Positions 10,768-19,253 of a DNA stretch of 51,289 nt are shown here, piece after piece. The notes under the pieces were generated by a model. That model was not told the origin of the DNA and did not search any database. It saw nothing but the letters and a program-made list of their open reading frames with translations. The position numbers and the translations under genes are program-made. Source of the DNA: an uncultured Planctomycetota bacterium (GTDB lineage: Bacteria > Planctomycetota > J058). The stretch covers positions 1-51,289 of the forward strand of contig CAZMSZ010000005.1 in the NCBI GenBank assembly GCA_964569055.1, written 5' to 3'. The number at the start of each line of letters is the position of its first letter. Position 1 is the stretch's first letter.

Positions 10768-12795
10768 CTGCGACTGCTCGGCGTCGAGACCGAGTACGCG
10801 CTCGGCTTCGAGCCCGCCGCCGGCGAGGCCGGCCCCTCGCCCTCGCAGCGCCGTTTGTTCGGCGGCTACCTCACCGCGCTCCGCCGCCGGCTCCGCTCGG
10901 CCGAGGCGCTGTACTACAAGGAGGGCGACTTCCTCGAGGACGGCTCGCTGCTCCACTTCGAGCTCTCGCAGCTCGCCGACCCCGACGCGGGCCTGCTCGA
11001 GTGGGCCACCCCCGAGTGCCGCGGCCCGGTCGAGGCCGCCTGCGTGCTGCGGGCGCAGGAGGAGCTGCTGCGCGCGGCGAGCGACGACGTGGCGCGCGAG
11101 CTGGCGGCGGCGGGCCACGAGGGGCGCGCGTTCCTGCTCAAGAACAACCGCGACCGCGCCGGGAACGCCTACGGCTGCCACGAGTCGTACGACGCCCGCG
11201 AGCGCCCGGCCGGTCCGCGCCGGCTCCTGTTCGCGTGGATCCTGCACCCGCTCGTCGTCTCCCTGTGCGTGACCACGGCGGTGGCCGCGCTGAGCGTGCC
11301 CGTTGTCGTGCTGGCGGCCGGAGCCGTGCTCTACGCCGCCCTCGCGGTCTTGGGCGAGCTCCCGCTGCTCGGCGCGCTCCCGCGCGCGCTCGGCCGCGCG
11401 CTGGTCGGCGTGGCCAGCTACCTGGGCGAGCCGGGCCCCGGGCCGGGGCAGGGCGCCGCCGCGCGCGCGTTCCTCCTCCTGCTGCGCGGCCTGGCGGCGC
11501 TGTTCAGCCTCACCGCGCGCGAGGTGATCCTGGCCGGGCACGTCCCGGCGCTGGTCCCGTTCCTGGTCACCCGCCCGCTCCTGTGCGGGGCGGGCCACCT
11601 CACGCCGGACGGTCGCTACGAGCTGTCCCCGCGCGCGGCGATCACCGACCGGGTGGCGGCTGCGTTCATCTACGGGCGCACCCGCCCGCTGATCGAGCTC
11701 AAGGAGTTCTTCTTCCAGCAGCTCCTGCGCTGGGGCGCCGCGCGCAAGCGGCTGCAGCTCGTGTGCGGCGACGCCAACCGCGCCGAGCCGGCGGCGCTGC
11801 TCAAGCTCGGCACGACCTGCGCCGTGCTCGAGGCGATCGAGGCCGGCGCGCTCGACGAGCTCGCCGCCCGGCTCGAGCTGCTCGGCGGCCCGCTCGCCGC
11901 GTTCCGCGCCGCCTGCGCCGACCCGAGCGCGCGCGCGCCGGTCGCGCGCGACCGCGCCACCGGCGCGCTGCTCTCGGCGCACGACGTGCAGCGCCGCTAC
12001 CTCGAGGCGGTGTGGGCGCACGCCCGCGCCCGCCCCGACTGGCCGAGCGAGCTCACGGGCGCGCTCCGCCGCTGGGACGACGCCCTGCGCCGCCTGCGCG
12101 AGGAGCCGGCGACCCTCGCGCGCGACCTCGACTGGGCGATCAAGCTCGACCTGCTCCAGGCCACGCTCCAAGACGCGCTCCCGAACCGCCCCCTCGACGC
12201 CGCCTGGCGCGCGCTCCAGGCCTGGGGCCCGATCAACGCCCTCCTCGAGCGCCACGCCCCCAGCGCCCCGTTCCCGCCCGGCGAGCCCGCCCCCGCTGTC
12301 GCCGCCCGCCTCCGCGCCGCCCTCGGCCGAGGCCGCTACGCCCAGGCCGCCCGCGCCGCCCGCGCCGCGAACCTCGACTGGGCCGAGCTCCCCGCGGTGC
12401 GCGCCGCCTGGCTCCGGATGGCCGCCGCCGACCTCGGCTACCACGAGCTCTCCGCGCGAGGCGGCGCCTTCGAGGCCCTCGAAGCCGAGGGCCGGATCGC
12501 GCGCGCCCTCGACCCCGCCGCCGTGGCCCGCGCCCGCCAGCAGGCGCCCCACACCACCCGCGCCCGCCTACGCGGCCTCGCCGTCGCCCGCCGCGGCGCC
12601 CTCGGCGAACGCCGCGGCGGCGTGAAGGTCGGCTGGACCCGCGTGGAGCTCGGCGGCGCCGAGGAGCGCGCGACGTTCGCCCTCGACGACCCCGACCGCC
12701 ACGAGCACCCCGAGCTCGAGGCGGCGCTGGCGGCGGAGATCGAGGAGGTGGCGACTGTCGTGAGCGAGGACGAGCAGCGCGAGGACGCGGGTTGA
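10768..12795 (+). CDS. pafA: Pup-ligase (PafA-type, carboxylate-amine ligase fold) with transmembrane insert; start uncertain (CTG 10768, ATC 10729 or readthrough)
   Basis: RLLGVETEY, LLEWATPEC, KNNRDRAGNAYGCHESY, LVPFLVTRPLLCGAG, YELSPRA, TRPLI, RLQLVCGDAN, DLDWAIK, DLGYHEL, TTRARLRG; hydrophobic insert at about 11224-11530. Confidence 0.88.
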   Translation: MRLLGVETEYALGFEPAAGEAGPSPSQRRLFGGYLTALRRRLRSAEALYYKEGDFLEDGSLLHFELSQLADPDAGLLEWATPECRGPVEAACVLRAQEELLRAASDDVARELAAAGHEGRAFLLKNNRDRAGNAYGCHESYDARERPAGPRRLLFAWILHPLVVSLCVTTAVAALSVPVVVLAAGAVLYAALAVLGELPLLGALPRALGRALVGVASYLGEPGPGPGQGAAARAFLLLLRGLAALFSLTAREVILAGHVPALVPFLVTRPLLCGAGHLTPDGRYELSPRAAITDRVAAAFIYGRTRPLIELKEFFFQQLLRWGAARKRLQLVCGDANRAEPAALLKLGTTCAVLEAIEAGALDELAARLELLGGPLAAFRAACADPSARAPVARDRATGALLSAHDVQRRYLEAVWAHARARPDWPSELTGALRRWDDALRRLREEPATLARDLDWAIKLDLLQATLQDALPNRPLDAAWRALQAWGPINALLERHAPSAPFPPGEPAPAVAARLRAALGRGRYAQAARAARAANLDWAELPAVRAAWLRMAAADLGYHELSARGGAFEALEAEGRIARALDPAAVARARQQAPHTTRARLRGLAVARRGALGERRGGVKVGWTRVELGGAEERATFALDDPDRHEHPELEAALAAEIEEVATVVSEDEQREDAG

Positions 12796-12801
12796 AAGGA
12801 C

Positions 12802-12964
12802 CGGTGTCGGACACCGCGGCAGAGCTGTCGCGGGCAAGGCGGGCTCCCTGGCGTGAAAATCGACCGCCAACTGCGCCGAGAGCGCCAAGGAAGAGCTGTC
12901 GCTGCTGCGACGACCTCCTCGACCGCCACGTGCATGAAGGAGCTGTCGTCGAGCGACAGCTCCT
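12802..12964. repeat. Palindrome and repeat cluster in a convergent intergenic region
   Basis: cggtgtc-g-gacaccg (12802-16); (a/g)gagctgtcg at 12821, 12892 and 12939; hairpin aggagctgtcg-tcgag-cgacagctcct (12938-64). Confidence 0.6.
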
Positions 12965-13019
12965 CCTCGACACATCGCTCGCCCGAAGAGCCGCGGCCGA
13001 CGGTCCCGCTCTCTGCGAC

Positions 13020-13073
13020 TCCGAATCCGAATCCGAATCCGAATCCGAATCCGAGTCCGAATCCGAATCCGAG
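13020..13073. repeat. Hexamer tandem repeat (TCCGAR)9
   Basis: tccgaa x5, tccgag, tccgaa x2, tccgag. Confidence 0.95.
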
Positions 13074-13082
13074 TCGCCTCTC

Positions 13083-13985
13083 TCACCGCATCAGCGCGTC
13101 GATCGCCTCCAGCGTCGCGCGGGCGCCGCCCGGGAGCGAGATCCCGTTGGGGATCGAGGCGGGGATCCACGGCTCGCGGGGGTTGATCCGGATCAGGGTG
13201 TTCTCGCCGCGGCTGGCGATGCTCTCGCAGGTGGAGCGCACGGTGGGGATCGCCGTGCCGGCGCCCAGTTCGACCACCGCGATCCGGCGGCCCTCGAGGC
13301 CGCGGGTCCAGGCCCAGAAGCGGCTGGCCTGCTGGGACTGGCGGGCCTCGTTCCAGCCCCAGTCGCCGAACATCAGGATGTTCGGACGGCCGAGGCCGCC
13401 GCAGGCGGGGCAGCTCGGGAGGGGCTCGGCGGCGCGCATGGTGGTCTCGTCCACCTCGATCGGCTCGGGCGACGCGGGGTAGATCGGGTGGCCGCAGTCG
13501 GCGAGGCACTGGTCGTGGTCGATCGCGCCGTGGCACTCGTCGATCCGCTCGGGGTCGAAGCCGGCCCGGTGGAACTGGCCGTCCACGTTGGAGGTGAACA
13601 CGAAGGAGCCGCCCGCTCGGGCCTCGCCCCAGCGGCGCAGGATCGTGAACCCCTCGTGCGGGGTGGTCGCGCGGTACAGGTTGCGGCGGTGGCCGTAGAA
13701 GCCCCAGGCGAAGGCCGGGTCGTCGCGGAACCACTTCGGGTTCGCCATGGCGGCGAAGCCGACCCCGAGGTGGGCGTAGGGCGGATACGCCTTCCAGAAG
13801 CCCTGGTCGCCGCGGAAGTCGGGGAGGCCCGAGTCGACCCCCATGCCCGCGCCGGCGCCGACGAGCAGCGCGTCGGCGCTCGCGATCGCCTCGGCGGCGC
13901 GCGCGAGCGCCTCGGGGTCGAGCGGCCTGCGCCCGCTCGCTCGCGCCTCGAGCAGCCCCTCGTCCTCCGTGCGCTCCTCGCCCAT
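13083..13985 (-). CDS. Sir2-family NAD-dependent protein deacylase
   Basis: GAGAGMGVDSGLPDFRG, FTSNVDGQF, ECHGAI, zinc CxxxC...CPAC, RPNILMFGD, ELGAGTAIPTVR, IRINP. Confidence 0.95.
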   Translation of the reverse strand: MGEERTEDEGLLEARASGRRPLDPEALARAAEAIASADALLVGAGAGMGVDSGLPDFRGDQGFWKAYPPYAHLGVGFAAMANPKWFRDDPAFAWGFYGHRRNLYRATTPHEGFTILRRWGEARAGGSFVFTSNVDGQFHRAGFDPERIDECHGAIDHDQCLADCGHPIYPASPEPIEVDETTMRAAEPLPSCPACGGLGRPNILMFGDWGWNEARQSQQASRFWAWTRGLEGRRIAVVELGAGTAIPTVRSTCESIASRGENTLIRINPREPWIPASIPNGISLPGGARATLEAIDALMR

Positions 13986-14074
13986 GACGGCCCCCCTCCA
14001 CGTCCCCGCCGCCGCGGCCTGCAGGAAAGCCGCCGGGCGGGTCGCCTTCCATCGCGCCTGGTAGCATGCCGCCG

Positions 14075-14671
14075 ATGCGGATCACCAAGGTGTACACCAA
14101 GACCGGGGACGGCGGCGACACCGCCCTCGGCGGGGGACAGCGCCTCCCCAAGGACCACCTGCGGATCGAGGCGTTCGGCACGGTGGACGAGCTCAACAGC
14201 GCGGTCGGGGTCGCCCGCAGCCACGTGCGCGACCCCGAGCTCCTCGAGCACCTCGAGGCGATCCAGCACCACCTGTTCGACCTCGGCGGCGACCTGTGCC
14301 TGCTCGAGGCCGACAAGGAGCGGTTCGGCATGCCGCCCTTCCCGGCCGAGCGGGTGGCCTGGCTCGAGGGTCTGCTCGACGCCGCCGCCGAGGAGCTGCC
14401 GCCGCTGCGCGAGTTCGTGCTCCCGGCGGGCGAGCCGGGCGCGGCGCAGCTCCACCTCGCCCGCTGCGTGGCGCGGCGCGCCGAGCGGGTGTGCGTGGCG
14501 CTCGCGCGCGAGGACGCGATCTCGGCCCAGGTGATCCCCTACCTCAACCGGCTCTCCGACGCGCTGTTCGTGTTCGCGCGCCTCGAGAACCACCGCGCCG
14601 GGCGCGGCGACGTGCTGTGGCGCAAGGCCTATCACCGGGGTGAGCAGCGCGAGCAGGGAGGCGAGGGGTGA
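14075..14671 (+). CDS. pduO: ATP:cob(I)alamin adenosyltransferase, PduO type
   Basis: KVYTKTGDGGDT, RIEAFGTVDELNS, FVLPAG, LHLARCVARRAER, YLNRLSDALFVFAR. Start 14066 or 14075. Confidence 0.95.
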   Translation: MRITKVYTKTGDGGDTALGGGQRLPKDHLRIEAFGTVDELNSAVGVARSHVRDPELLEHLEAIQHHLFDLGGDLCLLEADKERFGMPPFPAERVAWLEGLLDAAAEELPPLREFVLPAGEPGAAQLHLARCVARRAERVCVALAREDAISAQVIPYLNRLSDALFVFARLENHRAGRGDVLWRKAYHRGEQREQGGEG

Positions 14672-15528
14672 GCGCGGACGGCGCGCGGGCCGAGACGGGC
14701 GTCCTGTTGCGCGGGCCGTGGCGCGCCGAGCTCGAGCCGGTGGTGCGCGCCCGCTGGGCCGAGGCGCGCTTCGAGCCGCTCACCGACGGGCTGATGCGGA
14801 TCGACCTCTCGACCACCACCAGCCCGGCCGGCGCGCGCCTCGGCTTCGAGGACGCGCAGCTCCTCGCGCTGCTCAGCGCCACCTCGCCGGGCGCCCTGGT
14901 GTTCGGCTACTACTGCGACGCCGCCGCGCAGCGCGAGGGCGTGCGCCTGTTCTCGGGCGGGATCCCGCGTGAGGAGCGGCAGGTCGCCTGGGCCGAGGCC
15001 CAGCCGCCCGACCCGATCGCCTGGCCGATCGGCGTGCTCTCGCTCACGCTCGGCCTGGCGGTCGAGCAGATCACGTCGGTGGTGCGCCCGCCGCGCCCGC
15101 CGCTGGCGGTGGCGGTCGAGGGCCTGCTCGCGGGGGAGCGCCCGAGCGAGCCGACCTTGGTGCACCAGGCGCTCGACCTGCTCGGACAGCTCCCCTACGA
15201 CGAGGCCACCGACGCGCTGGTCCGCCACCTCGCCGCCGAGGACTGGGTGGAGCGGTTCCACGCGGCGCGCGCCTACGCGCGCCTGCCGCGCCGCCACGGA
15301 CAGGAGGGGCGGCCGCGCCTCGAGGCGCTGATGGACGACGCCGACGAGAGCGTGCGCGAGGCCCTGCTGCACGGGATCAGCGAGCTCCTGCCCGAGGTCG
15401 CCTTCGCCGACCGCGACCTGCAGGCGCAGATCGACGCCGCGATCGCGCGCGGGCTGGAGGACGAGGACGAGGACGTGCGCGAGGCCGCCGGCGAGGCGCG
15501 CGCGAAGCGGCGCGAGCTGCTGGGCTGA
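14668..15528 (+). CDS. HEAT-repeat-containing protein
   Basis: GTGA overlap with pduO; C-terminal repeats LAAEDWVERFHAA, LMDDADESVREA, LEDEDEDVREAA. Confidence 0.75.
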   Translation: MSADGARAETGVLLRGPWRAELEPVVRARWAEARFEPLTDGLMRIDLSTTTSPAGARLGFEDAQLLALLSATSPGALVFGYYCDAAAQREGVRLFSGGIPREERQVAWAEAQPPDPIAWPIGVLSLTLGLAVEQITSVVRPPRPPLAVAVEGLLAGERPSEPTLVHQALDLLGQLPYDEATDALVRHLAAEDWVERFHAARAYARLPRRHGQEGRPRLEALMDDADESVREALLHGISELLPEVAFADRDLQAQIDAAIARGLEDEDEDVREAAGEARAKRRELLG

Positions 15529-15551
15529 GCCGGGGCCGAGGAGGGAGCGAC

Positions 15552-16256
15552 GTGTTCACCGGGATCGTGGAGGCGACGGCCAAGGTGGAGGCCGTGGTCC
15601 CGCACGGCGGCGCCTACCGGCTGCGGGTCGACCTCGGCGCGCTGGCCGAGGGGGTCAAGATCGGCGACAGCGTGGCGGTCGACGGCACCTGCCTGACCGT
15701 CACCACCCTGCACGGGACGCGGGCGGAGTTCGACGTGATCCGCGAGACCCTCGAGCGCACCGCGTTCGCGGCGCTGCGGGTGGGCGACCGGGTCAACGTC
15801 GAGCGCTCCATGCGCGCCGACGGCCGCTTCCACGGGCACTTCGTCTCGGGCCACGTCGACGGCACGGGCCGGATCGTGGTCAAGCGCCACGAGCCCGGGC
15901 AGGTGTGGGTGACCGTCGAGGCCCCGGCGCGCCTCACCGCGTTCATGATCGAGAAGGGCTCGGTCACGCTGCAGGGCGTGAGCCTGACCCTGACCGAGGT
16001 CACCGACGACACGTTCTCGGTGGCGCTGATCCCCCACACGCTCGAGGTGACCTCGCTCGGCGCCAAGGACGTGGGGAGCCTGCTCAACGTCGAGGTCGAC
16101 GTGATGGGCAAGTGGATCCGCCGCCTGCTCACCGCCTACCTCCCCGAGGGGGAGGGCGGGGGCGAAGGGGGCGAGGGGCCCAAGATCATTCACCCCGGCG
16201 CGGCGCTGGGCCTCAGCCTCGAGGACCTGCGGCGGAGCGGCTTCGGGCCGAAGTAG
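15552..16256 (+). CDS. ribE: Riboflavin synthase (alpha chain)
   Basis: MFTGIVE N-terminus, GDSVAVDGTCLTV, VNVERS, GHFVSGHVDG, KGSVTLQGVSLT, LIPHTL, NVEVD; SD ggagggag. Confidence 0.97.
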   Translation: MFTGIVEATAKVEAVVPHGGAYRLRVDLGALAEGVKIGDSVAVDGTCLTVTTLHGTRAEFDVIRETLERTAFAALRVGDRVNVERSMRADGRFHGHFVSGHVDGTGRIVVKRHEPGQVWVTVEAPARLTAFMIEKGSVTLQGVSLTLTEVTDDTFSVALIPHTLEVTSLGAKDVGSLLNVEVDVMGKWIRRLLTAYLPEGEGGGEGGEGPKIIHPGAALGLSLEDLRRSGFGPK

Positions 16257-16931
16257 CTACGCGTCGCTGCGGGGGGCGCGCTGGCTGGTGCGGAGCCGAC
16301 GCGAGCGGCCGCTGGTGGCCGCCTTGCTCCGGACGGAGGGCGAGGGCTTCACCCGCCCCGACGTGGAGGGCGCCGCGCGGCCCGAGGTCGCGGCCTTGGC
16401 GCGGGTCGACTTGGCCCGCTCGACCCGGGTCGACTTGGCGCGCTCCGCGCGGGCCGACGTCCCGGACGCGGGGACGGCCGCGAGCTGGCGCGAGATCTGG
16501 CTGGCGCGCCCCGACACGCGGGCCAGCCGGCCCGAGGTGCTGCGCGGGCGCGGCTCGAGCAGCTTGGCGAGCGCCTCGAGCTTGTCGGACGGGGTGCTGG
16601 CGAGGTCGAACCGCAGCCCGACCTCGAGCTGGTCGGGGTCGTCGCTCAGCCGCTCGACCCGCACCACCTCGGCGTTGACGAAGATGTCGTTGTAGGCCGG
16701 CGGGAGGCGCAGCGTGCACACGATGCTGTCGTCCTCGAACAGCACGGGGTCGAGCTTCTGGATCAAGAACCGGCGGCGGGGGCTCGGGACGCGCAGCCGC
16801 ATGCCGCTGCGGCTCCAGTCCACGATCCGCGCCCGGTCGTGCGGCTTGCGTCCCCGACCGATCACGGCCTGGATCTCGGCGTTCCCGCCGAAGACCCGGT
16901 GCCGCATGTGGTCTCGCCGCTCGTGCTCCAT
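16257..16931 (-). CDS. PilZ-domain c-di-GMP receptor with basic Ser/Thr-rich tail
   Basis: ERRDHMR (RxxxR), DWSRSGM (DxSxxG), AEVVRV...VGLRF. Confidence 0.8.
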   Translation of the reverse strand: MEHERRDHMRHRVFGGNAEIQAVIGRGRKPHDRARIVDWSRSGMRLRVPSPRRRFLIQKLDPVLFEDDSIVCTLRLPPAYNDIFVNAEVVRVERLSDDPDQLEVGLRFDLASTPSDKLEALAKLLEPRPRSTSGRLARVSGRASQISRQLAAVPASGTSARAERAKSTRVERAKSTRAKAATSGRAAPSTSGRVKPSPSVRSKAATSGRSRRLRTSQRAPRSDA

Positions 16932-17122
16932 GGGTAACGCCTCCCGGTGCGCTGCGGAGTCATCGCAATCTGAGAACCGCTGTGCGCTGGAGACGCACGA
17001 CCCATGAAATGAAATGGGTTAATCGCCCAAGCTCGACCCCGCCGGCGCCGGGGGGAGACGCTTCCGTGACCGAATCCGGGAAATTGGCGTGCCCATCGTT
17101 CACGCCCCCGGAGGGGGAAGCG

Positions 17123-17536
17123 CTACTTGGCGCCGGGCAGGCTGACCGCGGGCGCCGCGCGCTCGAGGAACGCCTTGAGGGCGTTCCGCTCGCTCCGCAG
17201 CTCACCCGCCAGCGAGCGGACGTCGTCGTCGTCGGTGTCGCGGTAGATCTCGGAGAGCTCGAACACGTCGCGCTCGATCACGCGATACAGGCGCGGGTGC
17301 ACGTCGGCGATCCCGTCCACCAGCGGCCACTCGTAGGGGGCGTGCTCGGGGATCTTCCAGCCGCGCTCGCGGGCGAGCGCCAGCGCCTCCTCGGCGATCG
17401 CGCGCTCGGCCGCCACGTTGTCGCCGACCAGCTCGGCCGAGACGAGCCCGCGATCGAGCAAGACCTGGCAGATCGACGCCTCGGTCGCCAGCTCGTGGAT
17501 CCGCGCCAGGTGACGGTAGGCCAGGGGTCGCCGCAC
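17123..17536 (-). CDS. Hypothetical helical protein
   Basis: Normal amino-acid composition, SD gaggag, follows mnmA on the same strand. Confidence 0.7.
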   Translation of the reverse strand: MRRPLAYRHLARIHELATEASICQVLLDRGLVSAELVGDNVAAERAIAEEALALARERGWKIPEHAPYEWPLVDGIADVHPRLYRVIERDVFELSEIYRDTDDDDVRSLAGELRSERNALKAFLERAAPAVSLPGAK

Positions 17537-17564
17537 GCTGCTCCTCCTCGGGAAGCGGCCGATT

Positions 17565-18683
17565 CTATGCCGGGCGCGCCAGGGGGCAAGCTGCGCGGAT
17601 CCACCCGCTGAGCAGCACCGCCGCGTCCGCCTCGTCGTAGACCACCACCGCCTGCCCGGGGACCACGGCCTCGACCGGCGCGTCGAACGCCACCGCGAAG
17701 CTGCGCGGACCCCTCGCCTCGACCCGGCAAGGGTGGCTCTCGCCGTGAGCCCGCAGCTGCGCCCGCCCGCGCAGCGCCTCCCCCGGGGCGAGCGGCGCCG
17801 CGCCGAGCCAGGTCGCCTCGTCCGCCTCCAGCCCGCCGCTGCCCACCGCGGCCCGCGGCCCCACCACCACCAGCCGCCGCGCCGGCTCGGTGCGGGTCAC
17901 GTAGAGCGGCTCCTTGGCCGCCACGCCGATCCCCTTGCGCTGCCCGACTGTGAACCCGGCCGCGCCGGCGTGCCGCCCCAGGGTGCGCCCGTCCACGTGC
18001 TCGATCGCGCCGGGCTCGAGCGCCGGGGTGCCGGCGGGCAGGCGCGCCCGCAGCAGCTCGCGGTAGTCGCCGGCCACGAAGCAGATCTCCTGCGAGTCGC
18101 GCTTGTCGGCCACCCGCGCCAGCCCGCGCGCGGCGGCCTCGCGGCGGACCTCCGCCTTGGTCGAGTCGCCCAGCGGCAGCTCGATCGCCGCGAGCTGCTC
18201 CTGCTCGAGCACCCCGAGCACGTAGGACTGGTCCTTGGCGGGGTCGCGCGGGCGGGCCACGCTCCAGCGCGGGCCCACCCGCACCACGCGCGCGTAGTGG
18301 CCCGAGGCGACCCGCGCCGCGCCGACCTTGCGGGCGAACGCCAGCACGTGGCCGAACTTGAGCCAGTGGTTGCACAGCACGCAGGGGTTGGGCGTGCGCC
18401 CGGCCGCGTAGTCGGCCACGAACCGGTCGATCAGCGGCGCGAACGCCTCGGCCATGTTGAGCGCGTAGAACGGGATCCCGAGCAGGTCCGCCACGCGCCG
18501 CGCGTCCATGGCGTCCTCCACGCTGCAGCAGCCCTGCTTCTCGCCGCTCGCGTGGGCCGAGACCCCCGAGCGCATGAACACCCCGATCACGTCGTACCCG
18601 GCCTCGACCAGCCGGGCCGCGGCCACGCTCGAGTCCACGCCGCCCGACAGGCAGGCGACCACACGCTCAGCGGAGGTGCTCAC
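17565..18683 (-). CDS. mnmA: tRNA-specific 2-thiouridylase MnmA
   Basis: SGGVDSSVAA, GCCS, GRTPNPCVLCN, SGHYAR, KDQSY, KRDSQEICFV, FTVGQRKGIG, PGQAVVVY. Confidence 0.98.
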   Translation of the reverse strand: MSTSAERVVACLSGGVDSSVAAARLVEAGYDVIGVFMRSGVSAHASGEKQGCCSVEDAMDARRVADLLGIPFYALNMAEAFAPLIDRFVADYAAGRTPNPCVLCNHWLKFGHVLAFARKVGAARVASGHYARVVRVGPRWSVARPRDPAKDQSYVLGVLEQEQLAAIELPLGDSTKAEVRREAAARGLARVADKRDSQEICFVAGDYRELLRARLPAGTPALEPGAIEHVDGRTLGRHAGAAGFTVGQRKGIGVAAKEPLYVTRTEPARRLVVVGPRAAVGSGGLEADEATWLGAAPLAPGEALRGRAQLRAHGESHPCRVEARGPRSFAVAFDAPVEAVVPGQAVVVYDEADAAVLLSGWIRAACPLARPA

Positions 18684-18731
18684 GCCTCGATTCTATGGCG
18701 CGCGGGGCCCGGGGCTGTCGCGAGGGCGCGC

Positions 18732-19187
18732 TCAGCGCTCGATCGGCGCCAGCTCGGCCACGTCGTCCAGGCGCAGCGTGACGCGCGCGCCGCTCGCCAG
18801 GCGCAGCTCGAGCGTCCGCTGGCTCAGCCCCAACAGCTCACCTTCGAGCTCGCGCCCGGCGACCAGCCGGACCCTGTGGCGGGGCGCCGGGGCGCCCGAG
18901 GGCCGCGAGACGCCGCGCGCCTCGTTCGGCTCGAGGACGACCCGCCCGTCCGGGCGGCGGATCACGGCGTAGCCCCGCCCCTCGCGCACGAGCTCGCCCG
19001 GCACGACCCGCCCGTCCGCGAGCGTGATCGAGGCGGGCTCGCGCTCGCGCCGCGGGACCGGCGGAGCGGGTGGACGAGGCCGAGCAGCCGGGTCCCGCGC
19101 GAGCAGGAGCAGCGAGAGCCCGCCGGCGAGCGCCGGGACGAGCGCCAGCGGCGCCGCTCGCCGCGAGATTCGGCGCCAGCGCGACAT
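18732..19187 (-). CDS. Hypothetical exported protein with two small beta-barrel (Sm-like) repeats
   Basis: Basic/hydrophobic N-terminus; ITLADGRVVPGELV and VRLVAGRELEGELL repeats. Confidence 0.55.
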   Translation of the reverse strand: MSRWRRISRRAAPLALVPALAGGLSLLLLARDPAARPRPPAPPVPRREREPASITLADGRVVPGELVREGRGYAVIRRPDGRVVLEPNEARGVSRPSGAPAPRHRVRLVAGRELEGELLGLSQRTLELRLASGARVTLRLDDVAELAPIER

Positions 19188-19253
19188 GCCCCGAGTGTGC
19201 CGACCGGCCGCCCCGCGCACAACGCGCCTGCGCAGGTCCGTTGCCGGGCTCCG

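Noticed and set aside
10768-12795. Dop (deamidase) or pseudogene call for the ligase
   Set aside because: GNAYGCHE matches PafA better, no Dop loop is evident, and motifs are intact across the full length.
13020-13073. Possible CRISPR array or coding NP/ES repeat
   Set aside because: Contiguous hexamers with no spacers and no cas genes; the ORFs crossing it lack support.
16932-17122. c-di-GMP riboswitch or other ncRNA upstream of the PilZ gene
   Set aside because: Only short hairpins are visible and no GEMM consensus is recognisable; a covariance-model search would be needed.
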